From contig NZ_JAXMCX010000001.1 in assembly GCF_046349115.1 (NCBI RefSeq), positions 890,963 through 954,962 on the forward strand: DNA of 64,000 bases, read 5' to 3'. The notes beneath the pieces were generated by a model. The model was not told where the DNA came from, ran no database searches, and saw only the letters and a program-made list of their open reading frames with translations. A program made the position numbers and the translations under genes. Shown piece after piece: positions 26,416 to 35,743 of the stretch. Positions within the stretch are counted from its first letter, which is position 1. Every line of letters begins with the position of its first letter. The DNA is from Methylocystis sp. (GTDB taxonomy: Bacteria > Pseudomonadota > Alphaproteobacteria > Rhizobiales > Beijerinckiaceae).

Positions 26416-29400
26416 ATGCGGCTTGCTGACCGAATATTGCGCTGGGCTTCCCGACTGCAAGATGAAGATGAAGCGCCGCGACAGCGCGACGATGAGGCGC
26501 CACGAGCGAAGACCAGTGGGGAACCCGCCCGATCTCGTAAACGAGCCGAGACGGAAGTCAGCCGACTGACGAAGGGCTATGCCGAGGAAAAAATCCGAGG
26601 GCTCGGCGGCCGCGAAGAAGCGCTCAACCCGCGGCGAGCGTTGACAGCGCAGGAGAGCGAAGCGCTCAAAGCGCTGGAAAATCTCGCCTGTGTTGAGCAG
26701 CAGCTGCTGACGGCAAATTCGCAGCTGGAAAAATATGAGTCGCTGTTCAGCCAGCAGCGCGACAGGCTGCGGCTGTTCGAGCGACAGCTGGGGATTGTTA
26801 ACGCGAAGCACGCGGTCGATCTGCAATTGGTCAAAGCGGCGCGGGCGACGCGGAACGCTTTGTCCCAGGCCCCCCTCGGCCTTGTGATGCACCGCGGGCG
26901 TCTGCGCGCCATATTCGCCGCTCCCGCCCCCAGCAGGCCGCTAGATCGCGCCGATCGCAAGGAGATTGAGCGCAGTTATTTGTTCGATCCACAGTGGTAT
27001 TTGGATCAGAATCCAGATGTCGCCAGGCACGGTATAGATCCAATGGCGCACTATGTGCGCAACGGATTCATCGAGGATCGCGACCCTCATCCGCTGTTCA
27101 ACGCCGCTTGGTACCGCGCGATATATCGTCGTGAACTAGATGGCGTATCGCCGCTTATTCATTTCCTGCGCAACGGCGGCGGTCACAAACGCGCCGCGCA
27201 TCCTCTGTTCGACTCGGCGTTCTATCTGCGTCAAAACAAGGAAGTCGCGGCGCGCAATCTCGACCCGCTCAAGCATTTTATCGAGGTTGGCGAAGCTGAG
27301 AGGCGCGACCCGCACCCGCTGATTTGGATGGATCGTCTGGCCGTTCAACCTGGCCTAGAAGGCGTCGATCGGCCATTACGAGCATATATCAGCGATTCCC
27401 GCTTTTACCTCGCCAGCGTTCATCCATTATTCGATGGCGACTTCTATCTCCATGAGAATAAGGACGTACGCAAGCACGACCTATGTCCGCTGCTGCATTA
27501 TTGCGCGGTGGGCTGGCGCGAAGGCCGTCAACCGCACCGAGCCTTTGCCGGCGATTGGTATCTCGAACAAAATCTCGACGTTCTATCGGCGCAGATCAAT
27601 CCATTGCTCCATTTCGTTACGTTGGGGGCATGGGAGGATCGCTCGCCGCATCCGCTCTTCGACACGAGGTTCTATCTGCGTCAGAATCTCGACGCACGCA
27701 CTGGAAAACACGACGTGCTGACGCATTACGTCACCGTCGGAGCCGAGGAACGGCGCGAAACGACCGAGAAAATCAAAGTCGACGACATGAAGGAGATCGT
27801 GCCGACGGCATACTGGAATCGGTTTGATCCGATCTCCGCTTTTACTTTTTTTGGCGAGACGCGCATCTCGGTGCCAGCGCAGGTAGATATTGGCGGCGAT
27901 CAGCTCGATTGTGCTTGGCCGCCATGTCCGGAGGTTGCTTATTGGCTCCCGCAGCAGCTACGCGATTACATCATCGAACGCTATGGCGAAGAGGAAATCC
28001 CGTTTTACCTCTATTTGATGTCGATCATCGACCGCTATGGAGATCGGCCTGAGGCTTTCGCGGAATCGAACGAGCTGGTTACGCTTAGAAGTCGGCTGCG
28101 GAGATGCTGCTCTCGCGCCAGGCGAGTCAAACAGCCAGACGTCTCGATCATCATGCCCGTCTACAATAATCTGGCGTTTACGCTTACGAGCGCCCTGAGT
28201 CTGCTGGAAAACAAGTCGCGCTACGCGTTCGAAGTCATCGTTGCGGACGATCGTTCCAGTGATCTGACGCAGGACGTGTTTTCGTCGGCTGGCCCGCCGA
28301 TCGTCTATGTAAGGCAAGAGAAAAATCTTGGCTTCCTAGGCAATTGCAACGCTGCCGCACAACGCGCGAACGGCCGTTATGTCGTGATGCTCAACAATGA
28401 CACCATCACGCTGCCCGGCTGGCTTGATGAATTGATTGCGCCGATGGAGAAAGACGCTCGCGTCGGCCTAACCGGCTCCAAGCTGATCAACGCGGATGGC
28501 ACGTTGCAGGAGGCTGGAGGCATTTTCTGGAATGACGGCTCCGCCTGGAATTTTGGCCGCAACAGCGATGCCCGCCTTCCTGAGTTCAACTATCTCAAGG
28601 AGGTCGATTATATTTCGGGCGCTTCGATCGCCTTGCCGACGAAATTATGGAACGAGCTAGAAGGCTTCGATCCGATTTATTCTCCGGCCTACTGCGAAGA
28701 TTCGGATATTGCGTTTCGGGTCCGAGACAAAGGGTTGCGCACGATCTATGCGCCCCGTTCGGCGCTCGTGCATCATGAGGGCAAGAGCCACGGCCGCGAC
28801 ACGAGCGGCGGCGTCAAGGCCTATCAGATCTCCAACCAGAAAAAATTGCTCGATCGCTGGCGAAGCGTTCTGGAGAAGGATCATTTCCCCAACGGCGAAA
28901 ATGTCTTTTTGGCGCGCGATCGATCGCGCAACCGCCCACACGTTCTCGTGGTGGACCATTACATTCCGCAATGGGATCGGGATGCAGGGTCTCGCACTGT
29001 CTATCATTTTCTGCGCATGTTCATCGACGCCGGTTTTCAAGTGAGCTTCTGGCCCGATAATCTCAACGAGGATCGCGAATATTGCGCGATGCTCCAACAA
29101 GCCGGCGTGGAGGTGATCTATTCCGCCGCCTATGTCGATCGTTTTGACGCGTTCATGGCGGCGAACGGATCTTATATCGATTACGCGCTCGTCAATCGTC
29201 CGCATATCGCGCCCAAATATTACGATTCGATCCGCGCTAACTCGCGCGGCGTGATTCTCTACTATGGTCATGACATCCACTATAAGCGGCTCGAATCGGA
29301 ACGACTGACCAGCGAGGATCCTCGACTTCCGCAAGAAATCGAACAATATCGCAGGCTGGAGCTTGAAAACTGGCGGAAGACGGACGTGGTCCTCTATCCC

Positions 29401-30093
29401 AGCGACGAGGAGCGCGTCGAAGTCGAAAAGGCATTGCCGGGCGCGGTGGCCAGCGCCGTGCCGATGCTTGGCTATTTTCCTTCAGAACTCGGCGTAGCGC
29501 ACGCCAATATAGCGCAATTCGACGCTCGGGATTTTGATCAGCTGTTGTTCGTCGGCGGCTCTCATCCGCCAAACGTCGACGCGCTGCTCTGGTTCGCTAA
29601 GGAAGTCATGCCCCTGATCATCGCCGAGCGTCCGCGGACCAAGCTCAATATCGTCGGTTCGTCGCGCGTCCCTGAAATTGCCGCGCTGGAGTCGGAGGAG
29701 ATCATCATCAAGGGGCGCATCAGCGATGAAGAGCTTGATAGACTTTATGCGACTGCAGGCGTCGCGATCATTCCGCTTCGTTTCGGCGGCGGGGTAAAGG
29801 GTAAAACCATCGAGGCGCTTTTCCACGCCATACCGCTTGTCGCGACGTCAGTTGGCATGCAAGGGCTCTATCCGCAACAGCCGATCGCCTATGTCGCCGA
29901 TGAGGCGGAGAGTTTCGCCAAAGCGGTGATTTCAGCCCAGACAGATCGCCAGACCGCAAAATTGCATGCAGAGCGGGGCGCTTCCTTTATTGAAGAACAT
30001 TATTCGCTCGACGCGATGCGGCGCGCTTTTTTGCCTTTTATTCCAAAACTGGGCGCGCGGGAGAAGACCGACGCGGCGGCGACGGCGCCGTAA
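26416..30093 (+). CDS. Giant multidomain glycosyltransferase: coiled coil, 7 tandem repeats, GT2 domain and GT4-like domain
   Basis: GT2 motifs 'VSIIMPVYN', 'VVMLNNDT' and 'YCEDSD'; GT-B motifs 'VLVVDHYIPQWDRDAGS', 'LLFVGGSHPPNVDA' and 'PLRFGGGVKGKTIEA'. Confidence 0.92.
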   Translation: MRLADRILRWASRLQDEDEAPRQRDDEAPRAKTSGEPARSRKRAETEVSRLTKGYAEEKIRGLGGREEALNPRRALTAQESEALKALENLACVEQQLLTANSQLEKYESLFSQQRDRLRLFERQLGIVNAKHAVDLQLVKAARATRNALSQAPLGLVMHRGRLRAIFAAPAPSRPLDRADRKEIERSYLFDPQWYLDQNPDVARHGIDPMAHYVRNGFIEDRDPHPLFNAAWYRAIYRRELDGVSPLIHFLRNGGGHKRAAHPLFDSAFYLRQNKEVAARNLDPLKHFIEVGEAERRDPHPLIWMDRLAVQPGLEGVDRPLRAYISDSRFYLASVHPLFDGDFYLHENKDVRKHDLCPLLHYCAVGWREGRQPHRAFAGDWYLEQNLDVLSAQINPLLHFVTLGAWEDRSPHPLFDTRFYLRQNLDARTGKHDVLTHYVTVGAEERRETTEKIKVDDMKEIVPTAYWNRFDPISAFTFFGETRISVPAQVDIGGDQLDCAWPPCPEVAYWLPQQLRDYIIERYGEEEIPFYLYLMSIIDRYGDRPEAFAESNELVTLRSRLRRCCSRARRVKQPDVSIIMPVYNNLAFTLTSALSLLENKSRYAFEVIVADDRSSDLTQDVFSSAGPPIVYVRQEKNLGFLGNCNAAAQRANGRYVVMLNNDTITLPGWLDELIAPMEKDARVGLTGSKLINADGTLQEAGGIFWNDGSAWNFGRNSDARLPEFNYLKEVDYISGASIALPTKLWNELEGFDPIYSPAYCEDSDIAFRVRDKGLRTIYAPRSALVHHEGKSHGRDTSGGVKAYQISNQKKLLDRWRSVLEKDHFPNGENVFLARDRSRNRPHVLVVDHYIPQWDRDAGSRTVYHFLRMFIDAGFQVSFWPDNLNEDREYCAMLQQAGVEVIYSAAYVDRFDAFMAANGSYIDYALVNRPHIAPKYYDSIRANSRGVILYYGHDIHYKRLESERLTSEDPRLPQEIEQYRRLELENWRKTDVVLYPSDEERVEVEKALPGAVASAVPMLGYFPSELGVAHANIAQFDARDFDQLLFVGGSHPPNVDALLWFAKEVMPLIIAERPRTKLNIVGSSRVPEIAALESEEIIIKGRISDEELDRLYATAGVAIIPLRFGGGVKGKTIEALFHAIPLVATSVGMQGLYPQQPIAYVADEAESFAKAVISAQTDRQTAKLHAERGASFIEEHYSLDAMRRAFLPFIPKLGAREKTDAAATAP
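26980..27762 (+). repeat. Seven tandem ~37-38-aa protein repeats, consensus about LFDxxwYLxqNxDVxxxxxdPLxHyxxxGxxExRxPHP
   Basis: Units read from the translation begin LFDPQWYLDQNPDV, LFNAAWYRAIY, LFDSAFYLRQNKEV, LIWMDRL (degenerate), LFDGDFYLHENKDV, AFAGDWYLEQNLDV and LFDTRFYLRQNLDA. Confidence 0.9.
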
Positions 30094-30142
30094 CGACCCA
30101 GAAGCTGGTGGGGGATGGGGAGGTAAATTAGGGATCGGACCG

Positions 30143-31198
30143 ATGGGTAGAGGCGACGGAAAAAACGGGTTGATCCGCGCACGAGCGCCGCTTCGCCTTG
30201 GTCTCGCCGGCGGCGGCACGGATTTGTCGCCCTATTGTCAGCTCCACGGCGGCGCGGTTCTCAACGTCACCATCGACCGGCACGCATATGCTTTCATCTC
30301 ATCGCGCAGCGACGGTAAAACCAGCTTCGCCGCGCTGGACATGGGCGTGGAAGAAATCTTCGATGTCGACGACTCTTGTTCGGCGTCCACCTCGCTGCTG
30401 TTGCATCAGGGCGTCTACCGAAGAATCTGCAAGGATTACCTCGGCGACGAAAAGCCGGCGTTGTCGATCCAGACGACGGTCGACGCCCCAGCCGGGTCTG
30501 GTCTCGGTTCCTCGTCCGCGCTCATGGTGGCGCTCGTCGAAGCCTTTCGCGCGCGCTACGAATTGCCGCTCGGCCGCTATGAAATTGCGCATCTGGCATG
30601 GGAGATCGAGCGCATCGATCTTGGTCTTGCCGGCGGTCGGCAAGATCAGTATGCGGCGGCCTTCGGCGGGGTAAATTTCGTCGAATTTCTATCCAACGAT
30701 CGCGTCATTGTGAATCCTCTGCGGCTGGTTCCCGGCGCAATGGAGGAAATCGAGTCATCCATCGTGATCTGCTTTACCGGCCAATCGCGCAGCTCTCACG
30801 ACATTATCCTTCAGCAGACGAGCGGAGTCGTCTCCGCCGACGCCAACGCCATGGAAGCCATGCATCAGCTCAAAGCGGACGCGCTCGAGATGAAATTGGC
30901 TTTCGTTCACGGCGACATGCCCCGAATGGCGGAAGTCATGCGTCGCTCCTGGATCGCCAAGCGCGCCACAGCCAAGGGCGTTTCCACCACCGCGATTGAC
31001 AATTTCCATGCTTTGGCTGTTGAGAATGGCGCTCTGGCGGGCAAGATTTCCGGGGCCGGCGGCGGCGGTTTCATGATGTTTTTCGTACGCCCGGAGGATC
31101 GCCAGAAATTGGTCGTCGCCCTGCGTGCGGCCGGCGGCGACGCGAGCGCCGTGGCGTTCACTCATACGGGGAGCGTGACGTGGAAGGCGACAACTTGA
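30143..31198 (+). CDS. hddA: D-glycero-alpha-D-manno-heptose-7-phosphate kinase (GHMP family)
   Basis: 'RAPLRLGLAGGGTD', 'PAGSGLGSSS', 'GRQDQYAAAFGG' and 'KISGAGGGGF'; lies directly before gmhA. Confidence 0.88.
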   Translation: MGRGDGKNGLIRARAPLRLGLAGGGTDLSPYCQLHGGAVLNVTIDRHAYAFISSRSDGKTSFAALDMGVEEIFDVDDSCSASTSLLLHQGVYRRICKDYLGDEKPALSIQTTVDAPAGSGLGSSSALMVALVEAFRARYELPLGRYEIAHLAWEIERIDLGLAGGRQDQYAAAFGGVNFVEFLSNDRVIVNPLRLVPGAMEEIESSIVICFTGQSRSSHDIILQQTSGVVSADANAMEAMHQLKADALEMKLAFVHGDMPRMAEVMRRSWIAKRATAKGVSTTAIDNFHALAVENGALAGKISGAGGGGFMMFFVRPEDRQKLVVALRAAGGDASAVAFTHTGSVTWKATT

Positions 31199-31800
31199 GC
31201 CGCATCGAGGGTTATTTAGCCCGTTCCGTCGCAGCGCTCGACGCGGCGGCTCAGGACGAGAAATTTAAGCGGGCGTTGCTCGATATCTCGGACTGCATTG
31301 TCGCGAGTCTCAAGAACGGCGGCAAGGCGCTGTTCGCGGGCAATGGCGGCAGCGCGGGGGACGCGCAGCACATCGCCGGCGAATTTGTCTCGCGGCTCAA
31401 TTACGACCGCGCGCCGCTCGCCGGATTGGCGCTTTCGACCGACACGTCGGTGCTGACCTCGATCGGGAACGATTATGGTTATGCCGACGTATTTTCTCGT
31501 CAGGTCAAGGGGCTCGGGCGAAAGGGCGACGTCTTTGTCGCCATCACGACCTCCGGCAATTCTAAGAATATTCTCGATGCGGTCGAGGTCGCGCGCAGCA
31601 TCGGCGTCACTACCGTCGGTTTCACCGGAATGAGCGGCGGCAAGCTCTCCGGAGCCGTCGATCTCTGCCTGCACGCGCCGAGCGACTGGACGCCGCTGAT
31701 TCAGCAGATCCATATTGTCGCGGCTCATATCATCTGCGGTCTGGTGGAAGACGCGATGTTTCCCGAAGCGGCGGAAAAATATCACGGCGCGGGCGGGTGA
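31180..31800 (+). CDS. gmhA: Sedoheptulose-7-phosphate isomerase
   Basis: 'GNGGSAGDAQHIAGEF', 'IGNDYGY', 'TTSGNSKN' and 'IQQIH'. Confidence 0.95.
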   Translation: MEGDNLSRIEGYLARSVAALDAAAQDEKFKRALLDISDCIVASLKNGGKALFAGNGGSAGDAQHIAGEFVSRLNYDRAPLAGLALSTDTSVLTSIGNDYGYADVFSRQVKGLGRKGDVFVAITTSGNSKNILDAVEVARSIGVTTVGFTGMSGGKLSGAVDLCLHAPSDWTPLIQQIHIVAAHIICGLVEDAMFPEAAEKYHGAGG

Positions 31801-33074
31801 TCCGACAGGCGGTCATACTCTGTGGCGGGCAGGGGACGCGGCTCGGCGCGCTGACGGCAAGCACGCCGAAGCCGCTGCTGCCGGTCGCCGGCGCGCCTTT
31901 CCTCGACGTGCTGGTGGAGGAAGTCGGTCGCTGCGGCTTCAACCGCGTGCTGCTGCTTGCCGGCCATCTCTCGCAGGAGATCGAAGCCTTTGTGCGGTCA
32001 TCGGCCGCCGCGAAGCGGCGTAGCGTCGAGATCGACCTTTCCGTCGAGCCGCTACGCGCCGGCACGGGCGGGGCGGTGCGCTTTGCCGAAGCTAAGCTCG
32101 ACGATGTCTTTCTGCTGATGAACGGCGACTCCTGGTTCGACGTGAATTTGCGGAGCCTCACGGCGTTTGCGCAGGCCCGCGGCGAAAGCGCGATGGTTCT
32201 GGCGCTGCGCGCGATGCCTGATGTTTCACGCTATGGCGCGGTGACGCTTGCCGGCGACAAGATCACGGGCTTTCGGGAAAAAGCGCAGGGTCTCGGCGCG
32301 GGGCTGGTCAACGGCGGCGTTTATGTGTGCCGCAAGGCCGCCTTGTTCGAAGCGATGGAGGCTTTGGCGCCGAACCGGGAGATGGCGCTGTCGCTCGAAA
32401 CGGATGTCATGCCGGCGCTGTCCGCGCGCGGCGCGCTCGGCGGCCTGGCGTGCGACGGCTATTTCCTCGATATCGGCCTGCCCGAGTCCTATGCGGCGGC
32501 GCAAACCGAAATTCCGCGCCATCTGCGCCGGCCCGCCGCTTTTTTCGATCGCGACGGGGTCTTGAACGTGGACCTGCATCATGTCGGGACGGTCGATCGC
32601 TTTCGCTGGGTCGATGGCGCGATCGACGCGGTGCGCGCCTGTAATGATCGCGGCTTCCTGGTGTTCGTCGTCACCAATCAGGCGGGCGTGGCGAAGGGTC
32701 TCTATGAAGAGCGCGATGTCGATCGCCTGCATGAATTCATGCAGGAAGAGCTGGCGCAGGCGGGCGGCCATGTCGACGATTTCCGATACTGCCCCTACCA
32801 TATCGAGGCGGCGCGGCCGGAATATCGCTCGGATTCGCCGTGGCGGAAGCCGGCGCCCGGCATGCTGCTCGATCTCCTGGCGCATTGGCCGGTCGATGTC
32901 GAAGGGAGCTTCCTGATCGGCGACAAGGACAGCGACCTCGCCGCCGCGCGCGCCGCGGGCGTTCCGGGCTATCTTTTCGAGGGGGGAGATTTACGCGCTC
33001 GGCTTGACGCCGTGCCGCAATTTGCGGGTTCGGCGCGTGGCGAGCCGGTTTCCCCCATCAGTGAAAAAGGTTAG
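31797..33074 (+). CDS. hddC: Fused heptose-1-phosphate nucleotidyltransferase (HddC-like) and heptose-1,7-bisphosphate phosphatase (GmhB, HAD-IIIA)
   Basis: N-terminal 'ILCGGQGTRL...PKPLL', 'GTGGA' and 'FLDIGLPESY'; C-terminal 'FFDRDGVLN', 'VTNQAG', 'CPYH', 'RKPAPGM' and 'IGDKDSD'. Confidence 0.9.
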   Translation: MIRQAVILCGGQGTRLGALTASTPKPLLPVAGAPFLDVLVEEVGRCGFNRVLLLAGHLSQEIEAFVRSSAAAKRRSVEIDLSVEPLRAGTGGAVRFAEAKLDDVFLLMNGDSWFDVNLRSLTAFAQARGESAMVLALRAMPDVSRYGAVTLAGDKITGFREKAQGLGAGLVNGGVYVCRKAALFEAMEALAPNREMALSLETDVMPALSARGALGGLACDGYFLDIGLPESYAAAQTEIPRHLRRPAAFFDRDGVLNVDLHHVGTVDRFRWVDGAIDAVRACNDRGFLVFVVTNQAGVAKGLYEERDVDRLHEFMQEELAQAGGHVDDFRYCPYHIEAARPEYRSDSPWRKPAPGMLLDLLAHWPVDVEGSFLIGDKDSDLAAARAAGVPGYLFEGGDLRARLDAVPQFAGSARGEPVSPISEKG

Positions 33075-33152
33075 AAAGACTGGCGATTAGCGCGCTGGCG
33101 GCGTCAACGCTCATCGTTCGAGCGGCCCCCTTGATCAACGAAAGCTGCGAAT

Positions 33153-33899
33153 ATGTCCGACTACCTTCCTGTCCTCGGCGGCAAGAAAAACGAATTGAGG
33201 GGCGGCCGTAATGTTTACGACGGCTATCAACGTGGTTGGGGCCTCGAGTTCGGCGACCTGAAAGCGCGCGTCAGCGAGGACCCCGACTATCGCTACGCGG
33301 CGGAGATCGCCAAGGCGCGCTCCGTGCTGCTGCTTGAGCGCATGATGAATCTTTTTCTGTTGTGCAAATTCTTCCTGCCGCGATTGCCCCATGGGCATAT
33401 CGTCGAATATGGCTCGTTCCGGGGCGGCTCGGCGATGTTCATGGCGGCGTTGGCGCAGCGATTCCTGCCAGGCGCGCAGGTCTATGCGCTCGATACATTC
33501 GAGGGCATGCCGGCGACGGATCGCGCGATTGATGCGCACTCCGCCGGCGATTTCGCCAACACGAATATGGAAGAGATTCGTCAGGCGGCGGACAAGCTAG
33601 GCTTGAACAATCTCCACCTCGTCAAAGGCCTGTTTCAGGACACGGCGCCGACGCTTCTCCCGCAGATCGGTCCGATCGCTCTCGCGCATATCGACTGCGA
33701 CATCTATAGCGCCGTGAAATATTCCTACGAAGTCTCAAAACCGCATATGCTCCCGATGGGCTATTATGTCTTCGACGACGCCACAACGTCGAGTTGCATC
33801 GGCGCGACAGAGGCGGTCGAGGCCTTCGTGATTCAGCGCGACGGGCTGTTATCAGAACAAATCTATCCGCATTTTGTCTTCCGCCATCCGCCGGCTTGA
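33153..33899 (+). CDS. TylF/MycF/NovP-family sugar O-methyltransferase
   Basis: 'IVEYGSFRGGS', 'DTFEGMP', 'VKGLFQDT', 'AHIDCDIY' and 'VFDD'. Confidence 0.88.
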   Translation: MSDYLPVLGGKKNELRGGRNVYDGYQRGWGLEFGDLKARVSEDPDYRYAAEIAKARSVLLLERMMNLFLLCKFFLPRLPHGHIVEYGSFRGGSAMFMAALAQRFLPGAQVYALDTFEGMPATDRAIDAHSAGDFANTNMEEIRQAADKLGLNNLHLVKGLFQDTAPTLLPQIGPIALAHIDCDIYSAVKYSYEVSKPHMLPMGYYVFDDATTSSCIGATEAVEAFVIQRDGLLSEQIYPHFVFRHPPA

Positions 33900-34013
33900 C
33901 CCGACGTCAAATGCCGCAACTGCCGAAAATTGCGACTGACCCCAATCACCAAGCGAAAGTAGAGCAGCAACTTCGGCAATTAGCCGAAGGCTTCGATATA
34001 CTCCGACCGCGAA

Positions 34014-34694
34014 TCAGGCCGCCTTCTCTCCCTCCGAAGGACCGTATCCGAAGATTTCAAAATCCTTCCTATACCGGTTGCTAATCTTTTCGATAGAAGA
34101 CTCAGATAACTGAATCGTATCTTCGGTCGTCTTGTTACTATGAATTGAAAGAGGAGCCAGATTTAGGCCGAGTCGGCAATTAAGTTCTTTTACATCAGCG
34201 CTTATTGCCTCGACCTTTCCAATATAGTTTGCTAAATGTACACCGCTTTCGTCATAGAGCCAGCGCCATTGTGGCTGAAATATTCTTTCAATCCCTGGGT
34301 TTTCCCAATATGGACTGCCTATCATATCATTGACATTATCGAATTGGCGAAACACATTAGCGTGCTCAACAAGCGCGCTACCTGGCAGCCACTTTTTGAG
34401 AAATTTAAAAGTAGAAATCGTCCTATCAAATGGGTTTCTAACGAAAGAGAACCTAAAATATTGATTGAAAACGCTCATACCAAGCGCTGTTTTGATTTCG
34501 AGCGCCGTTGCGTGTTTTGTTATTTTAAATCGTTTCATGTAGAATGCTTGGACAGCCTCACCCATAGCCGACCCGCCGATTTCAACATCGGCGATAGTTG
34601 AACACTGCTGGCTATAATATTGGGATAAAGATGTACCAGCAGCCTTGGGGATGTGAATAAATATAAACCGGTGGGTATTGTTGATGATTGCCAC
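34014..34694 (-). CDS. Sulfotransferase family 2 protein (low GC)
   Basis: 5'-PSB motif 'FIHIPKAAGTS' and 3'-PB motif 'VRNPFDRTIS'; GTG start with RBS TAGGAGGAG. Confidence 0.88.
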   Translation of the reverse strand: MAIINNTHRFIFIHIPKAAGTSLSQYYSQQCSTIADVEIGGSAMGEAVQAFYMKRFKITKHATALEIKTALGMSVFNQYFRFSFVRNPFDRTISTFKFLKKWLPGSALVEHANVFRQFDNVNDMIGSPYWENPGIERIFQPQWRWLYDESGVHLANYIGKVEAISADVKELNCRLGLNLAPLSIHSNKTTEDTIQLSESSIEKISNRYRKDFEIFGYGPSEGEKAA

Positions 34695-34762
34695 AGGCGC
34701 ACTCCTCCTATTTCCTCTATATACCACGGACCCATGTCGTGGTGCGCGCTAGCCAACTTTGG

Positions 34763-35641
34763 TTATTCCATCATGCAGCCGTATGCTTGGCCATTGCGCC
34801 CGCCGCCGACAACCCAGCCCCATCCGCGGTCTTTAGCAACAAGTCCCCACCGCCCGTAGTTAACCACCTGCCCATCCGGCTCACCATTGGGCCCAGTACT
34901 TCCGGATGATCCGAGTGTCCAGCCATGCGAAGTATCCCACCAAGCTTCGGACCGTTTGATCGCCGGCCGTTCTTCTGCGCCCTTTCCATGCAAGCATGGG
35001 CTATGCGAAGGTCGGTCCAATGACACGGCATGCTGCCAAAAGAATCGCCTTCCGACCGTTACTCCGTTGGGCCTAATAATCTCTCCCCAGACCCGAAGAC
35101 TATAGGGAGCCGACATCACGTCGTACAGTGCGTACGGTTGACCATCGGTACCACAACTTCCGCCACTTGTAATATCGAACCAACCTTCATTATTTACCTT
35201 GATTTCTGCCCTAGTGGTTCGAATTGCGAAGCGGTGACTCGTACTGTTATCGAGAGCTTCATTTCTGTAGGCATTTAGCCAGACAAAATTCGCCCCCCCA
35301 GCGCAATTACGCTTAATGGCCCACTCTTCGATCCTCTCTGGTTTGTTCGGGCTCCGAGGGTCCTCCCATATGACGTCCACAGTATCTGTGCCTGTCGGTT
35401 CAGTTCTCCATTTCGACATCGGACGTCCATCTTTGAGACTGAAAATAACCCCGCTCTCGGGCTTTCTAAGCGGGTAGTATTCGTCTAGCGTTTGTCCCGT
35501 AGGTTGCAAAAAATCGAAAGGTCTGATTCCACCGCTTTGCGCGGCCGCTGGGCAGATCACAACAATGCAAACCGCCAAGAGGCTGACTACCGTAGAAGGG
35601 CAGACATCCAAAATTGATTCGTAATTTTTCGTTGACGGCAT
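34763..35641 (-). CDS. Secreted hypothetical protein (Trp/Gly-rich, lower GC)
   Basis: Long ORF; hydrophobic stretch ending 'PAAAQ'; no family recognised. Confidence 0.6.
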   Translation of the reverse strand: MPSTKNYESILDVCPSTVVSLLAVCIVVICPAAAQSGGIRPFDFLQPTGQTLDEYYPLRKPESGVIFSLKDGRPMSKWRTEPTGTDTVDVIWEDPRSPNKPERIEEWAIKRNCAGGANFVWLNAYRNEALDNSTSHRFAIRTTRAEIKVNNEGWFDITSGGSCGTDGQPYALYDVMSAPYSLRVWGEIIRPNGVTVGRRFFWQHAVSLDRPSHSPCLHGKGAEERPAIKRSEAWWDTSHGWTLGSSGSTGPNGEPDGQVVNYGRWGLVAKDRGWGWVVGGGRNGQAYGCMME

Positions 35642-35743
35642 TTCCGAGCGACCCGTTTCTTGCGGTACCTTTGGATCGTCGCGATGATCATTCCCGTAAG
35701 TTGGGGCGAGCCGGCACAGACCCATTGCGAAGTCAAAGATAGT

